From Setoptus koraiensis (Eukaryota; Animalia; Arthropoda), in NCBI GenBank assembly GCA_048013815.1, contig CM106585.1, forward strand, positions 3,348,001 to 3,412,000: a stretch of 64,000 nt of DNA. The letters run 5' to 3'. Within the stretch, counting starts at the first letter, position 1. Each line of letters starts with the position of its first letter. Under the pieces are notes generated by a model, which saw only the letters and a list, made by a program, of their open reading frames with translations, did not search any database and was not told the DNA's origin. A program made the position numbers and the translations under genes. Positions 20,501-35,532 of the stretch are shown one piece after another.

Positions 20501-23255
20501 GAGTTCACTTTTTTGATAAGGTGAATCCCTCTCGCTAGCTCGCTCTCACTGACCGTTGGTCATCATACAATCGTTGAACAATCACTCAGGCCCGTCCAGC
20601 GACAGCAACAATAACAACAAGTTGATACAAGTTTCCTCGTCGTCGTCGTCGTCGTTGTTGCTGCCGTTGTTGTCGTTGTTGTTGTTGCCGTTCTTCTTCT
20701 TCTTTGTTGGAGCCGATAAAATAATGATTAATCATTATGATCGGACATTATTCATTAACATTATTGTCGGTTAGTTAGTGGTAGTTGCCAGTTGAGTGTG
20801 AATAGGCAAACCGAGTCATTTTGTTGTAAGTTCAATGGTAAGCCAGCGGTAGGCACACTTGTTGCCGTTGTTGTTGTTGTTGGCGTTGTTGTTGTTGGCG
20901 TTGTTGTTGTTGGCGTAGTTGTTGCCGCTGTTGTTGGCGTTGTTGTTGTCGCTGTTGCCGTCGCGCTGTCTCATGATGGAAAGTGATAAAACGTCGCTGT
21001 TCCTGTATCGGTAATCTCTGTCTCGATTAAGGGATGATACTCGCTCGCTCGCTCGCTCTGCCAGATCGTCGCTCAACTGAAACGACGACAACAAGTGACC
21101 ATTTAACCGTTACATCGACAACAGGCTCGATAACTTAACTGTACACCTTGTACACACACACACACACTTGCTGGCGTATAATAGTGATTTAATTGGTCAA
21201 AAAGTGGTTGTCGTTATCGTTGTCGTTGTTGCTGGCGTTGCAACTGGCATGAGACGATCACGAAAACATTATCGATCCGTACCTCTACTTGTACCTGTCC
21301 GCGAGCCACTAACCGGTGTGCCATTGAGCTGAGCGTACCATTGAGAGGCAATCAATTAGACAAACACTTTGATGCTCGCAACCTGTCCTTTCTCTTATCA
21401 TAAATAATAAATAATAAATAATAATAACATGGAAGAATACAGAAGAATATAAATTATTATTCATGATGCAACTTATAATATTAAATCGATTAGTTGCAAT
21501 CAATGGCTCGCCTCTCGCTCTGGCTAGTTGATGCTTGTCGAGCTTTGGCTAGCAGCCAGTCCGATCTACATACACACGATGATGTATGTAGATCGGACAG
21601 CAACATTATACAACATAGTATATAAAAATATAATGAAATTATCGTTGATGCCGTGCCATCGTCTCGCCGATCCGCATACTATCATTCATAGTGTGTCAAG
21701 TGAAAGTGAAATGGCGCGCGCGCGCGTTGGCCAAACAGGTGATAGGGCATGAAACGAGCAACAAAAGTAGGTCGTGATTAGACAAAAAGTTCAAGTGTTG
21801 ATTGAATTAATTTGTGGTTCCATTAATGAGCTCACGAGTGCCAACTTGGCCAAAGTGAAATGGCCAAAGTGAGACGATGGCCGAATTTGAATGGCGAAAA
21901 ATAGTAAAATAAAGACAGGGTGGCAATTGGTTGCCGGTCGACAACGGCATAAACTTGAATTGTCACTATCGTCAGTCACACTTTGATTGAGCAGTTATTC
22001 TCACAGCTACACAGCCGACAATTTTGATAAACCTTTTCAAATTGAGTGTGATAAACTCAATTGAGATAGCAACCACAAGCGTTAGGTGTAAATGATGGAT
22101 GGCTCATAATTAATTTGTCCTGTCTAATTAGCGCATTTGGCTCGCTGTCGAACTGGCTGTCGAACTGGCTGGCATGCGAATGTGCACAGAGACAACGAAT
22201 TGATGAGATGCAAATTGATCAACATGGTGCAGCAAAAAATAATGATCGGGACACTTTCGCGGCCCAATCAATCAAATTCGATGGCCACCAGCAATTCGGA
22301 CAAAACGCACGGGACGAATGAATCAAAAGCAAGCGAGCGAGAGAGAGAGTAATTGTTTGCATTGGCTGCATGGCGCCCACGAATGTTGCGACAGACTCAA
22401 ATGTCAATCCACCGGATCGACTGATGCGAGCAACATTGCATCATAGTCACGGCTTGTGTGCAAAATAATAACGTGACGTGAATATCGTGATTGGAGACAC
22501 AGCCGATAATGGCGAATAACGAGAGCTCTAAATAATCGATGATGCTAAATAATAATAAAACTGATGCCAGCAACACAAGTTACCCCGAGCCAGTTGCATA
22601 ACGCAAGTTGCATAACGCAAGTTACATAATAATATACAGTGTACATTACACACATTATTATACACAGGTGAGTGGGTAATAGAAGCGGACATGGCAAGCG
22701 TATTGGAGCAATGAGCAAGGCCATTTTATTGCCCATTACCAATGTTATATTTATTGTTTACATGTGTGTACTGTTGTTGTGCAACTAACATTTGGCCAGG
22801 TTATACTTGGCCAAGTTGCAGTTACATCATGATGTTTATGACGCAACAACAACAACAACAACAACGCAACACACACAGCAATAATAACAGCATAATACAT
22901 GCAACGTAATAATGGTAAATATATTGCAAAAATATTGTTGATATTACGTAACGTACGACGACGACGACGACGCTTGCCAGCATAATGACAGATGGGCACA
23001 CAGGTGATGTTAGTGGACACTGCAACTGCAAATGCATGCCGTTTACTGCCATCATACGGCGTATTTGTATGCATACCTGTTGGATTTGTTGCAAACGAAG
23101 CAACCGAGAGTCTTTGTCATTGTGCAGGCATCATCGGTCAGCAACAGGACCCGTTGTTGTGGCTGCTTGTTGTCGTTGTCGTTGTCGTTGCTTGTTGTTA
23201 CTAGCGTGTGGTTGCATAACTATAGATAGCAGCATGTGATAGTGAGCATCGTGAC

Positions 23256-23256
<1 letters not shown>

Positions 23257-23296
<40 letters not shown>
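23257..23296. repeat. (CA)n microsatellite, ~20 units
   Basis: Direct reading. Confidence 0.95.
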
Positions 23297-23298
<2 letters not shown>

Positions 23299-24544
23299 GC
23301 CGCCAGTTGTTGTGTAATCCACGCCAGCGCAGCAAAATCAGATGCAAAATATGATGCAACTGCAGGCAAACGCCGCAGGATTCGTGTGAGATGCCAGACG
23401 GGGGCAGAGGCGACTTGAGCCGATGTCTTTGGCCAGTTCCTAGCGACCAGACGCACAATTGAAGTGACGCAACGAAGCGTTCTCTTGAGCGCCGCTGTCG
23501 TGTAACGCGCACAATGAGCGATCGAGATCTAATTTTAGGTTGTTCTTCGCTCGCTCGTCGTCACACATGCCCCGTCTGTCTGTTTCGTTTGCTCACACAC
23601 ACACGCACACAACAGCGACAGCAACAACGACAACAACAACAACAACGACAGCGACAACAACAACAGCGACAACAACAACGACATCGACGGCGACAACGAC
23701 ATCGACGGCGACATCGACAGCAACAAGTGTGTCCGGCATTATTGAATTATTGCGCTTGCAGTGGCCATTTCGCAGGCCATCGAAAGTTGCCAGAAACAAA
23801 TCAAACGCGTTGGCCACTGTGCGACCGTGCGACTCAAATGCTGCTCAGGTGCGCTTGTGGAAATACCTGACCAGCTGACACTTCGTATTATGCAATGTTT
23901 GTATTATGTCATATGTTGGGCACAAGCTCACTAGTTGGCTGCCGTTGCGTAACACTGCGCACACTGTGTACTGTGACAATCACGACACAAACAAGGGCCC
24001 CATTGCGCAACTCGCCTGCCCCCGACGAGCGTGCCTGTTGTCGTTTCGACTGACCACTGGTCAGCTGGTTGCCCATGTTCACCGCTGTTGCTTGTCACTG
24101 TTGCTTGTCACTGTTGCTTGCCACTGCTACCTGTCGCTGTTGCTTGCGACGCCCACCACGGGCCGGCTTCGCATGCGCGGTCCCGAGATGCAACATTTTT
24201 TAGCATCTCGATCTACTCACAATGCACTGTCGGCCGGCTCGACAACGAGCCGCATTCGATTCGAGCCGACGAGGCGGCGCCCGAATGGGGGCGCCCACGG
24301 CCATGCGTGCCGCCCGAGGACGCTTGTCGGCCGTAGATGGCGCCACCAGTTCTTGGTGCGGTGCACCGTCGCCGCATCAAATTGACCAGGAGCGGCCATT
24401 TTCGTGTGTCTGGTCGCGTATCTCGACCAATGTCTATTTGTGTATCGACTCACCAAACTGTCAATGATTGACCGTGGGTGCCGTATCGCGCTCATATATT
24501 CACCGTTACCCGGCGGCAGCGGCGGCGGCAGCAGCAGCGATGAT

Positions 24545-24593
24545 GTTCGGTCGAGAATTGTTGCTGTTCGGTCGAGAATTGTTGCTGTTCGGT
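24545..24593. repeat. 21-bp tandem repeat GTTCGGTCGAGAATTGTTGCT x2.3
   Basis: Direct reading. Confidence 0.9.
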
Positions 24594-27500
24594 AGCGAAT
24601 CAAAGTCGGTGTGACTAATTATTGTTGATTCCCGCGACACACAAACACGCCAACCTGACCACTGGTCACTGTCGGCCGGTCACTTTGGCCGGCTATCGCT
24701 GGTCGGTTGTTGCTGGCCGGTTATCGCTGGTCGTTCGTTGCTGACCGGTGTGAGTTTTGGCGCGGGTGTGAGTGCTAGTGTGAGAATAATATGACAATTG
24801 TCTATGAAATTGCGCTTCTTTGACGCTTCTCGGCTGCTTCGCGGCTGCTCGTTGGCTTCTTGCTGGCGTTTCGAAGCCTCTCTTCGAACTTGGCAGCTAC
24901 CGAACGCCGAGAAGCCAACAAAAGTCGGCCTTTGCAAACTTGTAAATAAAACGGCTTGTCAGACGACAATTACTCACGACAATCGCAGGCCAGGCAAGCG
25001 TCGCTGTGTGTCGCTGGCGACGAGTGGGCCGCCAATGCCGCGATTTGCCTACGCTAATGAGCGTGACCACCAACGCCGGTGAGCAATTCTTTTGTTGTTG
25101 TTGGGCGCTATGTTTGCAGCACCAGCAGCGCCAACTGACCACTAATCGAGGCATTACAAGCGATGCGTTTTAGCGCGATGCGTGGGTGCACGGGCGACAC
25201 CAATCAGCAGCAGCAGCAGCATTTGTCTGGCTGTGTCAGGTCTGTTAGTGACAAATGGAATTCAAATTGATTGTTTGCGATGACTGATTGCCGGCCACTG
25301 CCAGCGACTGCCAGAAATCAATCGCCAATCAAACGGGCGACTGCGCATTGTTTGTCGTGTCCATTGTTGTCCAATCGACCGCTAATGAATGTCACAACAG
25401 CGACGACAGCGACGACGCCGGCGACGGTGACACCGACGACGGCGACGACGGCGACAGCAGCGCCAGCAACGACGACAACAACTGTTTCGGCGCGTATTTC
25501 TTGCGAGCGTGCGAGTGGTCGAAACGAGAACCGGCTGATAACCGAAATGAGAATTGACTGAGAACCGACTGATAACCGAAGTGCGCGCCGAAATGAGTGC
25601 TCGTCAAAGTCCGGCCGAGCCGATCGAAGCGACCGAAAAAGAATTGACGGCTGCTTGCGCATCAGTGCTTAGATGCTGCCAGCTCAGTTGCATTTGGCAG
25701 CGATATAATGACACGAGAAGATGCCGAATATTATTAATATTGTCTATGCAAATAAGCATTCGCAGAACATGCCGGGCATTTGCATGGGCAGCACAATGGT
25801 CGCTAATGCGGCCAGCACGATCGCTTGTGTTGGTGCCGTCGCAAAGTTTCAATTTGATGCTCCATTGTGCGGGCATTAGCGTGCTGCTGGCGTATTAAAG
25901 CGGATAAACATTGCGGAAGCAAAATCAAAAATCGATATCAATCGTCTGACATTGACAAAACATCAAGGGCAGCCCTGTTATCCTCTTCACCTGGCCGCTG
26001 CTTTTTATCGTTCGGCTGCCTCTTTTCGCTGGGCTGTCTCTATTCGTTGGGCTGCCTCGCATCTTTCGGCCGCTTCGCGTCTCTCGGCCGCCTCGCGTCT
26101 CTTGGCCGCTTGTCCCGCTCACCTGGCCACTGAGCCGCCCCGTCGAAGCGAGCTCGTGACCATGATGCCGGCACAGCCGTAGCGGTACCACCAATAACAT
26201 CCAAACATTTGGTCGTGTCATGATGCTCACACACAAGCACTCATGCCACCGATACGGAACCGCCGTCGACCGAGTGACCAGTGGTCATCGGCACTCATGA
26301 CACTTGTGCGACGAGCGAGATTCGCCGGACTTGCGCGACTCGCCGCACTGCGCAAGAGACGCATGAAACGTGCGCTCCACTTGCACACACACACATTTGG
26401 CCCACTGGACAACGCTCAATGACAGACCCAATGACGCAATGATGCAATGACGCTGCTGTGACGCAATCGCACAAACTGTACAAATGCAACAAACATAAAT
26501 ATAAAAGATGGACAGCACACACACACTGGCACAGTCAATCAATTGATTGGCAATTTCACCTGTCGCTGCGGCCAGGTAAGCCCTGCGCGGCTGTGGGGCT
26601 GTGCAATTGCCAACAATTGCAAACAATTGCGCTAAAGCGGGCGCTTCTTTTTCTTCTTCTTTTTCTTCTTCTTTTCTCTGGCCTTTCGCAGTCCGCGGCC
26701 ACTGGCGGCGAGTCGCAACAGGTTGACCTGTGCGCTGTTGCCACTCGCAAATGCTGACCAATGGCGAGTATCATCGGTGATTGAGTGACACACGGCGTAG
26801 CGAGCGCACAACGAAAAGGAAAACGAGATTTGCTGGCAGAGTGCGCGAGATGGCGAGCGCAAAGAGCGCAAAAATTCATTAATCCCCAACGCATTGTGTC
26901 GGCATGCCAACAGGTGAGCCCACTGGCCGGCCCAAACACTGGCCGGCCCAAAGACTGGCCGGCCTAAACACTGGCCAGCCGACCGACCGACCACCGAACC
27001 GACTCAGTCTGGCCAAAAGAACTAAATAAAGACACAGATAATCCTCCCGTTTCTGCTGCCATTCTGGCCTGTTTCTGAACCGAAGCGTTTCAAACGATTC
27101 ATTGGAAACGAAACGTTCCTCGAATTGGCCGCCACACGGCGCCTTGTGCAAACATCCGTCTCGTCCGTCGCACGATTGCATAATGCGACTTGTATTGAGT
27201 GGTCAATTTTTGAGCTTGCAATTTTTCTTTTCGCTCCACTTTGAACGGACAATTGTGTAATTCACTGGCGCACATTTGTGAAACAATCCGGCGAGCGCCG
27301 CCAGACGGAGCCACCGCCCCCGTGTGTCACTATTGCCGCTGACCACTACAAAAAAATATGTGGCCTACGTTATAATTAAAATTCAAATAATTCTTTGCAT
27401 AATTCTTTTCTGTGTGGTTGGCAAAAATTATAAAAGTCTAGCCAGTGTGTGTTTGCGACGCTGGGACAACAGCGCTGCCGCAATGATTGATTTGGCGCAG

Positions 27501-28888
27501 TTGTTACTGTTGCCATTGGCGGACGTTCGCATAATTGATGCGAAAAGAAGAAGAGCGAGAGTTGTTTTTCTCTGCGCTTCTTTATTTGATTTGGCCGCTT
27601 GTGTCAAATCGAAGCCGCTGCCGTTGTGGTTGTTGCGGCGGCTGTTGCGACGGTTGTTGCGGTGGCCGTTGACGGACACACACGCCGACACACACGCTCG
27701 GACGGTGGGCCAGAGTGTCGAGACGCCAAGACCACAGACAATGTGTCATGTCAGACGAGTTGCGAAGGAGGAAGAAGCGAGTGCGAATTAGAGTCGCGCA
27801 TTCAGCATTGCGCATTTCGAGTCTCGAACCTCGAACGACTGGACGTGACACAGGCGGCGATTCGCAGCGACTCTTTCGGACGATTCTTCGGACGATTCTT
27901 TGGACGATTCCTCGCGACGAGGAAGAACAATGTTTCGAAATTGCAAGTGATGCGAACCAACTGCCGGCCAATTTGCCACTCGGACAGCGCTGCGCAAATC
28001 GCATTGTCGTAATGATGGAAAATTTGATTTTTGCTTTGTTTGTGCCCACTACGGGACTACGGCCAACAGATGAGAATGGGCAGCCGGCTAGGCGGCCCAA
28101 TGCGGCTCACAATGCTGGCCATGATAATGCAACTAGCAGCTTTTTCTTTCGGCTTGTCTCGCGATGTCAGCCAACAAGCGCGCGTTGCTGCTGGACGCAA
28201 CACCAAGACAAGACAAAACACGACAAGTGGACAACACACTCACATGCCAGACACAGGCATTACAACAAATTGAATTAACAAATTTACAACAGCAGCAACA
28301 ATGGCAACACCAACACCGACACCAACAGCAACAACAACAACAACAACGACAGCAACAACGACAGCAGCAGCAACAACAACGTCAAACAACAACTGATGCA
28401 ACATCATAATGGCCGGCGAGTAACGTAAACAGTGGTCGTTGTTGTGCAACGATAACCGGCAATTTTCTCCTCTCTGCCAACCTTACAGGCCGCATGTCTC
28501 AGCAATCGAGCGCGTTCGTCCCGCAGAAACCAACGCACCTTGTTGTCGTTGTTGCTGTTGTTGTTGTGGCTGTTGTTGTTGTTGTTGCTGCTGTTGCTGT
28601 TGTTGTCGCTGTTGTTGTTGTCGCTGTTGCTGTTGCAGCAACATGCATGATTATGCAGCACCTCTGGCTCATGCAATCGGGCGAACAAGTCCGAAGAGCA
28701 TGAACAAATTGTGATCGCTGTTAAGCGGCCATCGTGATCGCATTGTCCCTCGCTCTCGCTCACTTTCTCAGGTGAGTCTTGTCACTCTGGCCAGACGATA
28801 AGACGAAGGAGAAGCTGGCGAGATGATTCGAACAATGCGATAGAGATTAACACGACACATGTTTACACTTTTGGTTGTTGCTGTCGCA

Positions 28889-28982
<94 letters not shown>

Positions 28983-29000
28983 TTGTTGTTGTTGTTGTTG
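28889..29000. repeat. (GTTGCT)n hexamer microsatellite (~15 units) grading into (GTT)n
   Basis: Direct reading; source of the poly-L/VA/TA/NS ORFs in the track. Confidence 0.95.
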
Positions 29001-30146
29001 CCGCTGGTGCTGCCATCAAACTGGTTGCAGAGCAAGGATGCGCAGAAACAAAACGACCTGTCCGTGGGCATGTCCGTGCCGATGCCATTTAAATTATCGG
29101 TGCGATATCGGCTAAATGGTGCTGAAATCAGCACTGGTCACGATTGCATGGGCGCACAATATGATTAATAGCGACAGAGAGAGATAGAATAGCGTTTGTT
29201 GTGCACCATACAGACACAAGTATCAATGCGTTTGGCATTGTGCCCAATAGACGGATACGCTGTCTCGAACTATTATTGAGAATAAAGAATTGGATAATGC
29301 GCTGTGTTTGCGCTCTGAGCTGGTCGTGTCGGAGTTGATCAGTTTTAATCAATTCAATTTGGCCACTTCCAGCTGATCTCATTCGATTTGTTTGTGGCGC
29401 TGGCGCTGTGATGCGATGCGATCCCATTTGATGCGATCCCATTTGATTTGATTTGATTTGATTAGTTATAATATAATTAAATTGTTTTGAATGAAAAGAG
29501 ATAAGATTATAAATTGAATCGAGCAAGGCGACGCACGAATTGTGCCAATCGATCATCTCTTTTCGCCAGACAGATATCGCTCATTTCATGCTGGCTGCTC
29601 GTCGCGAGTCGCAACTGCTCGAGTCTCGCCAATGATCTAAATTATCACTCGTGAACGCTCACTGGCTGGCTCGCGCTCACCTTTAAACATTTATACCTGA
29701 AAACCTGTATAAATGTAGTGCTTGCAACTAGAAACAGTGACCCTCATGATTATCATTATTATTAGTGCTGCCAGCTAATTAACCTTGATGCCACCGAGCT
29801 GATGGTTAATGTGAGCTGTGCTCACATCGTCAGCTGCTCTCTTTTTGGCTCTTGCTATCGCTGGCAATTGTTGCTGTCTGATTATTGGCTCAGCCAGCCA
29901 TTATCATGCCGACATTGTGTGTGATTCCGATTAATTCCAATTAAGCGAGCTAATCGAAAACAAAGACACTCGGCTGTTTGTTGGTGGTCTTGGCGATAGC
30001 ATTTCTCGCCAATGTTTGGCCCTGTCTCTTCAATATTTTGCTGCTTGTATACAAATTTTCGCTCGATTTCTTGATTTATAAATTATAATATAGTGTTTAT
30101 GATACACAATGTTCACGATATCATGTTGCGATTGCGTTCGCTACAC

Positions 30147-30180
30147 TCTAGTCACTAGAGTCTAGTCACTAGAGTCTAGT
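30147..30180. repeat. 14-bp quasi-palindromic tandem repeat TCTAGTCACTAGAG x2.4
   Basis: Direct reading. Confidence 0.85.
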
Positions 30181-31758
30181 GGCTACACACAAAAAAGACT
30201 CGCTCTGACGAGGGTCTGGCGTCGGGTGTCAACGGCGCAAATCTCGGTTTATCTCTCACAATTTACAAGTTTTTGGTGGCAGCGACATGGATGACATGCC
30301 CAATTGACAGCGATTTTCCGCAAATTTTTGCCGTAATTTTCTGCCGTCAATTTGTGTCGCTCGGTGTGTGTAGTGTGTATATGCCAATTGCGCAATTATT
30401 TTCTTTTCCAAACAATAATGACAATAATGATCAAGATTTCTCACAATTGCTCGCTATTTGCCCACTCGCGAGCTCGCCGTGTTTATTGAGTTTCGCCATC
30501 GCAGTGGCCATTCAAAGGGCCAATCCGTTGATAGCGGGCATAATAGCGCTTGAATAGTCAAATAGTGGCGGCTGTTCGACTGGACACTGTCCCATCTGAC
30601 ACCAAAACCAGCGACAACACCAACGACAACACCAGCGACAACACCAACGCCAATGACAGCACTTGCACTTGCTTGGTTGTTACGTCACAGTCTCACGCTC
30701 GATGCGTGCGAAAATGTGACCATTGTTGCACTTGAGCCAATCGTCTCCAATCAGATGTTTGTAACTGATTGACCGTTACAAACAAACGGCCATACTGTCG
30801 CCACTCGCTCATTGCCAGTTGTCTGTTGACAGTTGGCCCGAGTCAAGTTGCGCCGATCACACACGTACACGCACACAGCAAGCATGTTGCGCAACTCGTA
30901 ACGGGCACAATGGACAACTCTTGGCCCACTAATGACCTCTGTAGAGGGCGCCACATGACGCGTCAGCGACAAGTCACTCGATCGTCATCGTGTCGACTGT
31001 GAGTGCATCGACAGTTAGCTGACAGTTGTTGTCGAGCTGTCAGCTGGCAGCAGTAATTGGTCAGTTTTGTTTGTTTGTCAATTGTCAACGGTCAGTTGTC
31101 AATTGTTAGCACCGTTCATACAAGACAAACAGCTGACTGCAATGGTGTCGATCATCGACAGTCGATGCGGCTGCATCTATGATGTTGCATAAATGTCACA
31201 ATGTGTCTGATTGGGCCACTTGCGAGCCACAAAGAGCTGCCACTGCAGTTTAGAGCTGGCCAGCCAGTTGGCCAGCTCTAGACAGGGTAACAGTAAACAA
31301 ACAAACACACACACACACACACACAAGTGCAATAAACTATTTTGGTGTCAATCAGCTGACCGTTTTGACAATTGTCGAGAGCGCCGACAATTGACAGTCG
31401 AGTTTGTTGTCGTCGCTGGCCCGCTTCCTGTTGACTTTTGTCGTTGTTGTCGCTGTTGTCGTTGTCGCTGTTGTCGCTGTAGCGGGTTTTTTCTTAAAAA
31501 ACTGCCCGACTGCCCAAACGACGATTCGCAACGCGACACCCGATCGCTCGTTCGCTCGTTCGCGTTGCGTGTGCGAGCGTCCACGAGCGGCCAGACTGAC
31601 CAGTCGAGGCCCATTGTGTGTGTTACGTAACAGGAGTAGCGGCCATTGTCTTGCGGGCGAGATGTGACAAGCGGCTGCCGTTGGCAGGCTGTTAACATTT
31701 GAGCGGACTTTTGGGCACTGCAATCAATTTGATTGTGTGCATACAAGGGCGACGGCGC

Positions 31759-31870
31759 AAAATGCGACGGCCAAAATGCGACGGCCAAAATGCGACGGCC
31801 AAAATGCGATGAAATAAAATAAAATGAAATGAAATGAAATAAAACGAAATAAAATGAAATAAAATGAAAT
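31759..31870. repeat. 14-bp repeat AAAATGCGACGGCC x3.6 followed by (AAATG/AAAAT)n pentamers
   Basis: Direct reading. Confidence 0.9.
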
Positions 31871-33643
31871 GTGCGCTAATGTCACACACGCGCCGACGAC
31901 AAGTGTGTATTAACATGACAAATATATATATTTATTTACCAAAGCGACACAACATTGTTGTCGCAGGGCAGACGCCGCCGAGCCACTGCAATAACTATCG
32001 AGTTGCCGGCAGCCATATCTCACCATTTTGGGGCCCCACTTGGTTGAGCTGTTTGGCGTTGGCCTTGGCTTATGTTGTCGCGGTGTCTTGTCGGCCCTGC
32101 TCCCTCATCCATTGTCCATTGTGCGCTCGGTTTGTTGTGTGTCTGCGTGTGTGTGCTGGTGTGGTCAGTTTGGCCAGACTTACGTAATAATAGACTGCAC
32201 ATATTGCGCGCCAATATTGAACTGGCAGCATCCAATTCAATGAACTGAAAGTAAAATTAATGACGGCCGAATGGCACAAATATACAAATGGCGCCGGTCA
32301 TTTAACTCGGCCTAAAGCGCTGCTTTTTGGTTAGATACAATGGCTCAGTTTGGGGCCATTGTCGCGCGACAGTTTGTGAGAGTCGCACAAACACACACAC
32401 AAACATATATAGACGTTATTATTTATGCGTTGTGTCGGCGATTTGAATCTATGCACTTGTTGTTGTTGTTGTTGTTGTTTGTCATGCAAGCAAAGCAACA
32501 TGAGTAAGCAAAAAGTAACACGAGCAAATTTGAGCAATGGCGCTGTCATCTGTCACAATGTTTGCTCGCTTGTGTCGTTGCGTAACAGCACGGGCATTTG
32601 TGTCCACTGCCATTTGCCCGCTTCGTCCACTTGTCAGTTGGCTGCTAACCGTTGCCTGATAACCGTTAACTGTCGACCGTTCGTTGCGTTCAGGGCAGCA
32701 GCGCAAGGTGAATTGAGCGAGGTGAATTTAGCGAGCCGACGACAGTGCGAGTGGCTCGTCTGTCTAATGGGGGCGACGAGGGCGTTTTGTGGATGCTGCA
32801 ACAAAACACAAGACGTAACATCATTTAACTGTCTCTGGCGCTTATTATGCGTTGTGTTTGTTATTACGTAACATCATTAATGCTTATCAATAGTCAAGAG
32901 CTTGGTGCGCGATCCGATAGCGATCCGAGCGCGCACAGTGCGCATACATTGTTGTGTACGTGTAGACAGCGAGTATTTATCATGTGCTGCTGCCGTTGTC
33001 GTTGCTGTCGTCGCTGTTGTCGTTGTTGCCGTTGTAGTCGCTGTTGTTGTTGTTGTCGCTGTTGTTGTTGCCGTTGGTGTTGTTGTTTTGGCCGCCAACA
33101 ACAACAACAACAACGGCAACAACGACAACAGCAGCGACAACTGCGACAACAACGGCAGCTCATGATATTTGTGTTGCGGGCCATCTCATATCGCACACAA
33201 TGCAAACACGCGCTGGCCTCAATTGGCCCGCTGCCCACTCACAACTGACTGGGCTGTGTGCTGGCCAGTTTACAATAGCCAGCGATTGTCAACTTGCTAA
33301 CAATCGCTGGCGATTTATCGTCTGTTTGTGTGCCCAATTGCTGGCCAGACACACACACACACACACACACGCAGTTTTTAGTTATCATTTGACAATTGTG
33401 AGTGAACGTGGGGCTGCAACGAGGCCCAAATTAACTAACAAACACCAAATAATACAATGCTCCAAATGGGACACTCGGTGATGCAACGCGTGCGGTGCAG
33501 CGCGTGGTGCAACGCGTGCAGTGCAACGTGTATGATGCAACGTGTATGATGCAACGATGCAACTGCACTGTGGTTGACACAACGACAGGCACAACAGCAC
33601 CGGCAACGCGGCGGTTATTGCGTCATAGCGCAAACATGGCTCG

Positions 33644-33644
<1 letters not shown>

Positions 33645-33680
<36 letters not shown>
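33645..33680. repeat. (GT)n microsatellite
   Basis: Direct reading. Confidence 0.9.
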
Positions 33681-33852
33681 CTGTGTGTCTGTGTGTGTGC
33701 AAGAGGGAGCGAGAGGGGGAGGGCGCCAACGATTCCAGCGGCCCACAACACGGGCCGGTTGTTGCGCAAGAGCTAGCTATACACGCCGCATAGACATGGA
33801 CGCAGGCCAGCAAAACGCGCCAAATAACACGTACAAACACGTGTGAGTATGT

Positions 33853-33883
<31 letters not shown>

Positions 33884-34713
33884 CAACAGCAAACACACAG
33901 AATAGCAAACAATGGGCGACCTTGATCGGCAAAAACTCGCCAGTTCGGCCATCTATCGCTTATCTTGTTCACTCCATTGTTTGGCTGCTTTGTTTTGTGC
34001 GTGTGTGTGTGTGTGTGTCGCCGGCTAACTAACTGCCTCGACACAAGCGCAAATGTCTCTGCTGACCACTCTTGCGTGCTCGCCCACTCACCTGTCTCTG
34101 TCTGGCCCGTCTGGCTTCTTTCGCTTTTTTCGCTTCTTTCGCTTCTTTTTGCTTCTTTTTTGCTTCTTTGCTCTCGCCGGATCGGGCCTGTGCGCGAGCG
34201 ACTGTGCTCTGTGCTCTGCGCTGCAAACAGGGGGCCCCTCGTCGTTGCTGCCGGCCCGCTATGACACTCACACACAAACACACACGCACAACAGCGACAA
34301 CGGCGACACACACACGCACACACAAGCGCGCGAATACATTATGCGCAACGCTACGGAGCTGCCGGCACTAAGAGGCGCCCCAAGGAATGAAAATCGGGCC
34401 CCAATAGAAACATCAAGTGCGTTTGTTCGGGGCGGGGGGGGGCGCACTTTGCACACCAATGGCATTTATCCAATATCCAGTTGGCCATGAGCAGCGCGTG
34501 CCAGCCAGATCAGTACAAGAGTGTACAAAAGTGTCACCACTGTCATACACTATCATCACTATGCGCGCGCAGCTCGCCAGGTAACTTGGCTCGCCGATAT
34601 AGTGGCAACAACACGCTCGATATATGGGCCGACATGATGATAAAATGCACTTGTGTTTATATCTCGGCTCAGTCAGCTGTCATGAGAGTGTTGGCCGAAA
34701 TTCACTTTGTTTC

Positions 34714-34770
34714 ACTCACAACTTCTTGTGACTCGCAACTTCTTGTGACTCGCAACTTCTTGTGAGTCAC
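34714..34770. repeat. 17-bp repeat TTCTTGTGACTCGCAAC x~3 with inverted ends (ACTCACAA...TTGTGAGT)
   Basis: Direct reading. Confidence 0.85.
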
Positions 34771-35532
34771 TAGAACAACTTTGTCAGAGAAACTTTCTCT
34801 CGCTCTCACTTTGGCCCATCTCACCCAACGTGTCGAGCAATCGCTTCTCACTTACAACACCAAGCAAGCGCAAGCCGGGGCCCCCGCTCGGCCCACTATC
34901 GTTGCTAAAAAGCTAATCTTATTGCTGCGTCACCCACTACTGGCCGCACTTCATCTTATATTGTTTTTGACGTTTCGATGGTCACCTTAAGTCAATCAAG
35001 ACTTACCTTAAGACGGTCGCCTCTAGAGTGCGCTCGTGTACAATAATACGCACATAATACATACACATATTAGCGCAAATGGAGTAGGGGGATATTTCAA
35101 ATCAAATGCGACGCTATTAAGCTCACGAGATAAAGATTTGAGACGGGACGTGGTTAAGTATTGTCGTTTTTGACACGTCGGACATTAGGCACAACTGGAC
35201 ATTACACGACGCGACTCGTCACAAGAGTGTTGTGACAAGACTCTTGTGACAAGGGGCCCGCTACAACGACAACGACACACAGAGCTCCAAAGACAGGTGA
35301 TTCGCAGAGTGGACACAGGTGAATGTGGGGGGCCCGTGAGGCGTCTGAAAAATTAAGTTAATGTCACTGTTGATGGGACATGACGCGGCAAGAGGGCGTC
35401 CGCTTCATTTCGCACGCCATCTTATGTATGAGACTTTATTGTTATTATTATTGTCATTGTTATTGTTGCCCACTGTTGCCGATACTCGCGTGGACAACGC
35501 GTGTCGCTGGCCATTTGCCGGCCATTTGCTGG

